Position numbers and translations under genes: made by a program
Shown: piece after piece, positions 61,700 through 64,000 of the stretch
How positions within the stretch are numbered: position 1 is the first letter of the stretch
How the letters are laid out: the number at the start of each line of letters is the position of its first letter
DNA from: Pristiophorus japonicus
Taxonomy: Eukaryota
Direction: 5' to 3'
Length of the DNA: 64,000 nt
NCBI RefSeq assembly: GCF_044704955.1
Contig: NC_091984.1
Coordinates: 146,258,001 to 146,322,000, forward strand
Notes under the pieces: generated by a model
Told to the model about the DNA's origin: nothing
The model's input: only the letters and a program-made list of their open reading frames with translations
Database searches by the model: none

Positions 61700-63600
61700 A
61701 TAGAAAATAGGAGCAGTAGTAGGCCATTCGGCCCTTCGAGTCTGCACCGACATTCAATATGATCATGTCTGATCCCCTGTCTCAACACCATATTCCCTCT
61801 TTTTCCCTATACCCTTTGATGCCTTTTGTAAGCCAAGGGGTAAGCCATTTAGGACCGAGATGAGGAGAAACTTCTTCACCCAGAGAGTGGTGAACCTGTG
61901 GAATTCTCTACCACAGAAAGTTGTTGAGGCCAATTCACTAAATATGTTCAAAAAGGAGTTAGATGAAGTCCTTACTACTAGGGGGATCAAGGGGTATGGC
62001 AAGAAAGCAGGAATGGGGTACTGAAGTTGCATGTTCAGCCATGAACTCATTGAATGGTGGTGCAGGCTAGAAGGGCCGAATGGCCTACTCCTGCACCTAT
62101 TTTCTATGTTTCTATGTTTCTAGAAATCCATCGATCTGCCTCTTAAATATATTCAGTGACTTGGCCTCCACAGCCTTCTGTGGTAGAGAATTCCACAGGT
62201 TCACCACCCTCTGAGTGAAAACATTTCTCCTCATCTCGGTCCTAAATTTCCTGCCTCGTATCCTGAGATTGTGACCACTTATTCTAAACTTCCCAGCCCG
62301 GGAAAACATCCTCCCCAGATCCAGTCTATCCAACCCAGTCAGAATTTTTTACGTTTCACTGAGATCCCCTCATTCTTCTAAACTCCAGTGACTGCAGGCC
62401 CAGTCGACCCAATCTCTCCTTATACGACTGTCCTGCCATCCCAGGAATCAGTCTGGTGAACCTTCGCTGCACTCCCTCTATGGCAAGGATATCCTTTCTT
62501 AGTTAAGGAGACCAAAGCTGCACATAATACTCCAGGTGCGGTCTCACCAAGGCCCTGTAGTAAGACCTCGTTGCTCAAATCTTCTTCCAATGAAGGCCAA
62601 CGTACCATTTGCTTTCCTAACTGCTTGCTGCACCTGTATGTTTGCTTTCACTGACTGGTGTACAAGGACACCCAGGTCCCTCTGTACATTGACACTTCAC
62701 AAACCATCACCATTTAAATAATACTTTGTCCTTATGTTTTTCCTACCAAAGTGAGTAATTTCACATTTATCCACAATATGTTACATCTGTCATGTGTTTG
62801 CTCACTCACTCAACCTATCTAAGTTTCATTGCATCCTCCTCACAACTCATAATCCCATCTAATTTTGTGCTGTCAGCAAACTTGGAAATATTACATTTGG
62901 TTCCTTAATTCAAATCATTTATTTATACATTGTGAATATCTGGGGCCCAAGCACTGATCCCTGTGGTACCCCACTCGTCACTGCCCGCCACCCTGAAACA
63001 CACCCATTTATTCCGACTGTTTCCTGTCAGTTAACCAATTTTCAATCCATGCCAATACATTACCCACAATCCTATGTGCTTTAATTTTGCACACTAACTT
63101 CTTATGTGGGATTTTTATCGAAAGCCTTCTGAAAATCCAAATATGCAACATCCACTGTGTTCTCCATTATCTATTCTATCAGTTAGATCCTCAAAAAACT
63201 CCAGTAGGTTCCTTTCATAAATCCACGTGACTGTCTTTAACCCCGTTGATGTTATCTAAGTGCGCCGTTATCACATCCTTTATAATAGACTCTAGCATTT
63301 TCCCTATTAATGACCGGTCTGTAGTTCCCCGTTCTCTCTCCCTCCTTTTTTAAATAGTGGGGTTACATTTGCCACCCTCCAATCTGCAGGAACTGTTCCA
63401 TAATCTATAGAATTTTGGAAGATGACAATCAATGTATCTACTATTTCCATGGCTACCTCTTTTAATACTCTGGGATGCAGATCATCAGACCCTGGGGATT
63501 TATCGGCCTTCAGGCCCATTAGTTTCTCCAGCACTATTTTCTTACTAATAATCATTTCCTTTAATTCCTCTTGTTCACTGGACCCATGGTTCACGAGCAT
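61700..63600 (-). mobile_element. CR1 LINE fragment with a nested plus-strand CR1 3' end (~61835-62117)
   Basis: DKSPGSDDLHPRVLKE, further RT remnants and 3' tails. Confidence 0.78.
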
Positions 63601-64000
63601 TTCTGGGAAGTTATTTGTATCCTCCTCCGTGAAGAGATCATTTACCTCAGTGCTGTGTGTGGGAGCTTGCTGTGCACAAATTGGCTCCCGTGTTGGCCAC
63701 ATTACAACAGTGACTACACTTCAAAATGTACTTCATTGGCTGTGAAGCACTTTGGAACATCCTGAGGTGTGAAAGGTGCTATATAAATGCAGGTCTTTCT
63801 TTAATTTCTCTTTTCTTTTTGTTAACTGGGACTCACACAATTCCCCTGCTGATTAAACTTGGACCCAGCAGAAAATCCCCAGATCACGGACTAACATTCC
63901 ATAAGAACATGGGAATTAGGAGCAGGAGGAGGCCATTTGGCCCCTCGAGCCTGCTCCACCATTCAATGAGATCATGGCTGATCTTCTACCTCAACTCCAC

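Overview
Eukaryotic, repeat-dense vertebrate DNA, almost certainly from a cartilaginous fish (shark). It holds part of a cluster-type immunoglobulin kappa (NS4/type III-like) light-chain locus. On + there is an unrearranged leader-V(12-RSS)-(23-RSS)J unit at 58.3-60.6 kb with a motif-rich promoter. On - there is a frameshifted C-kappa exon at 34.8-35.1 kb with no V/J visible upstream. The first 25 kb contains two divergently oriented, closely similar, defective copies of a basal (spuma/loki-like) endogenous retrovirus. Its RT has LPQG/YVDD motifs, it has two RNase H domains, and its env-position ORF encodes signal peptide + Ig-like domain + coiled coil + TM. One copy has a Harbinger transposon in its 5' LTR. 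The other abuts the integrase tail of a related LTR element. The rest is CR1, L2, RTE and Tx1 LINE fragments, SINEs and minisatellites, plus a ~450-bp inverted duplication carrying B-cell enhancer-like motifs. Coordinates of LINE and SINE fragments are approximate. Identities are estimated by eye and no database searches were run.
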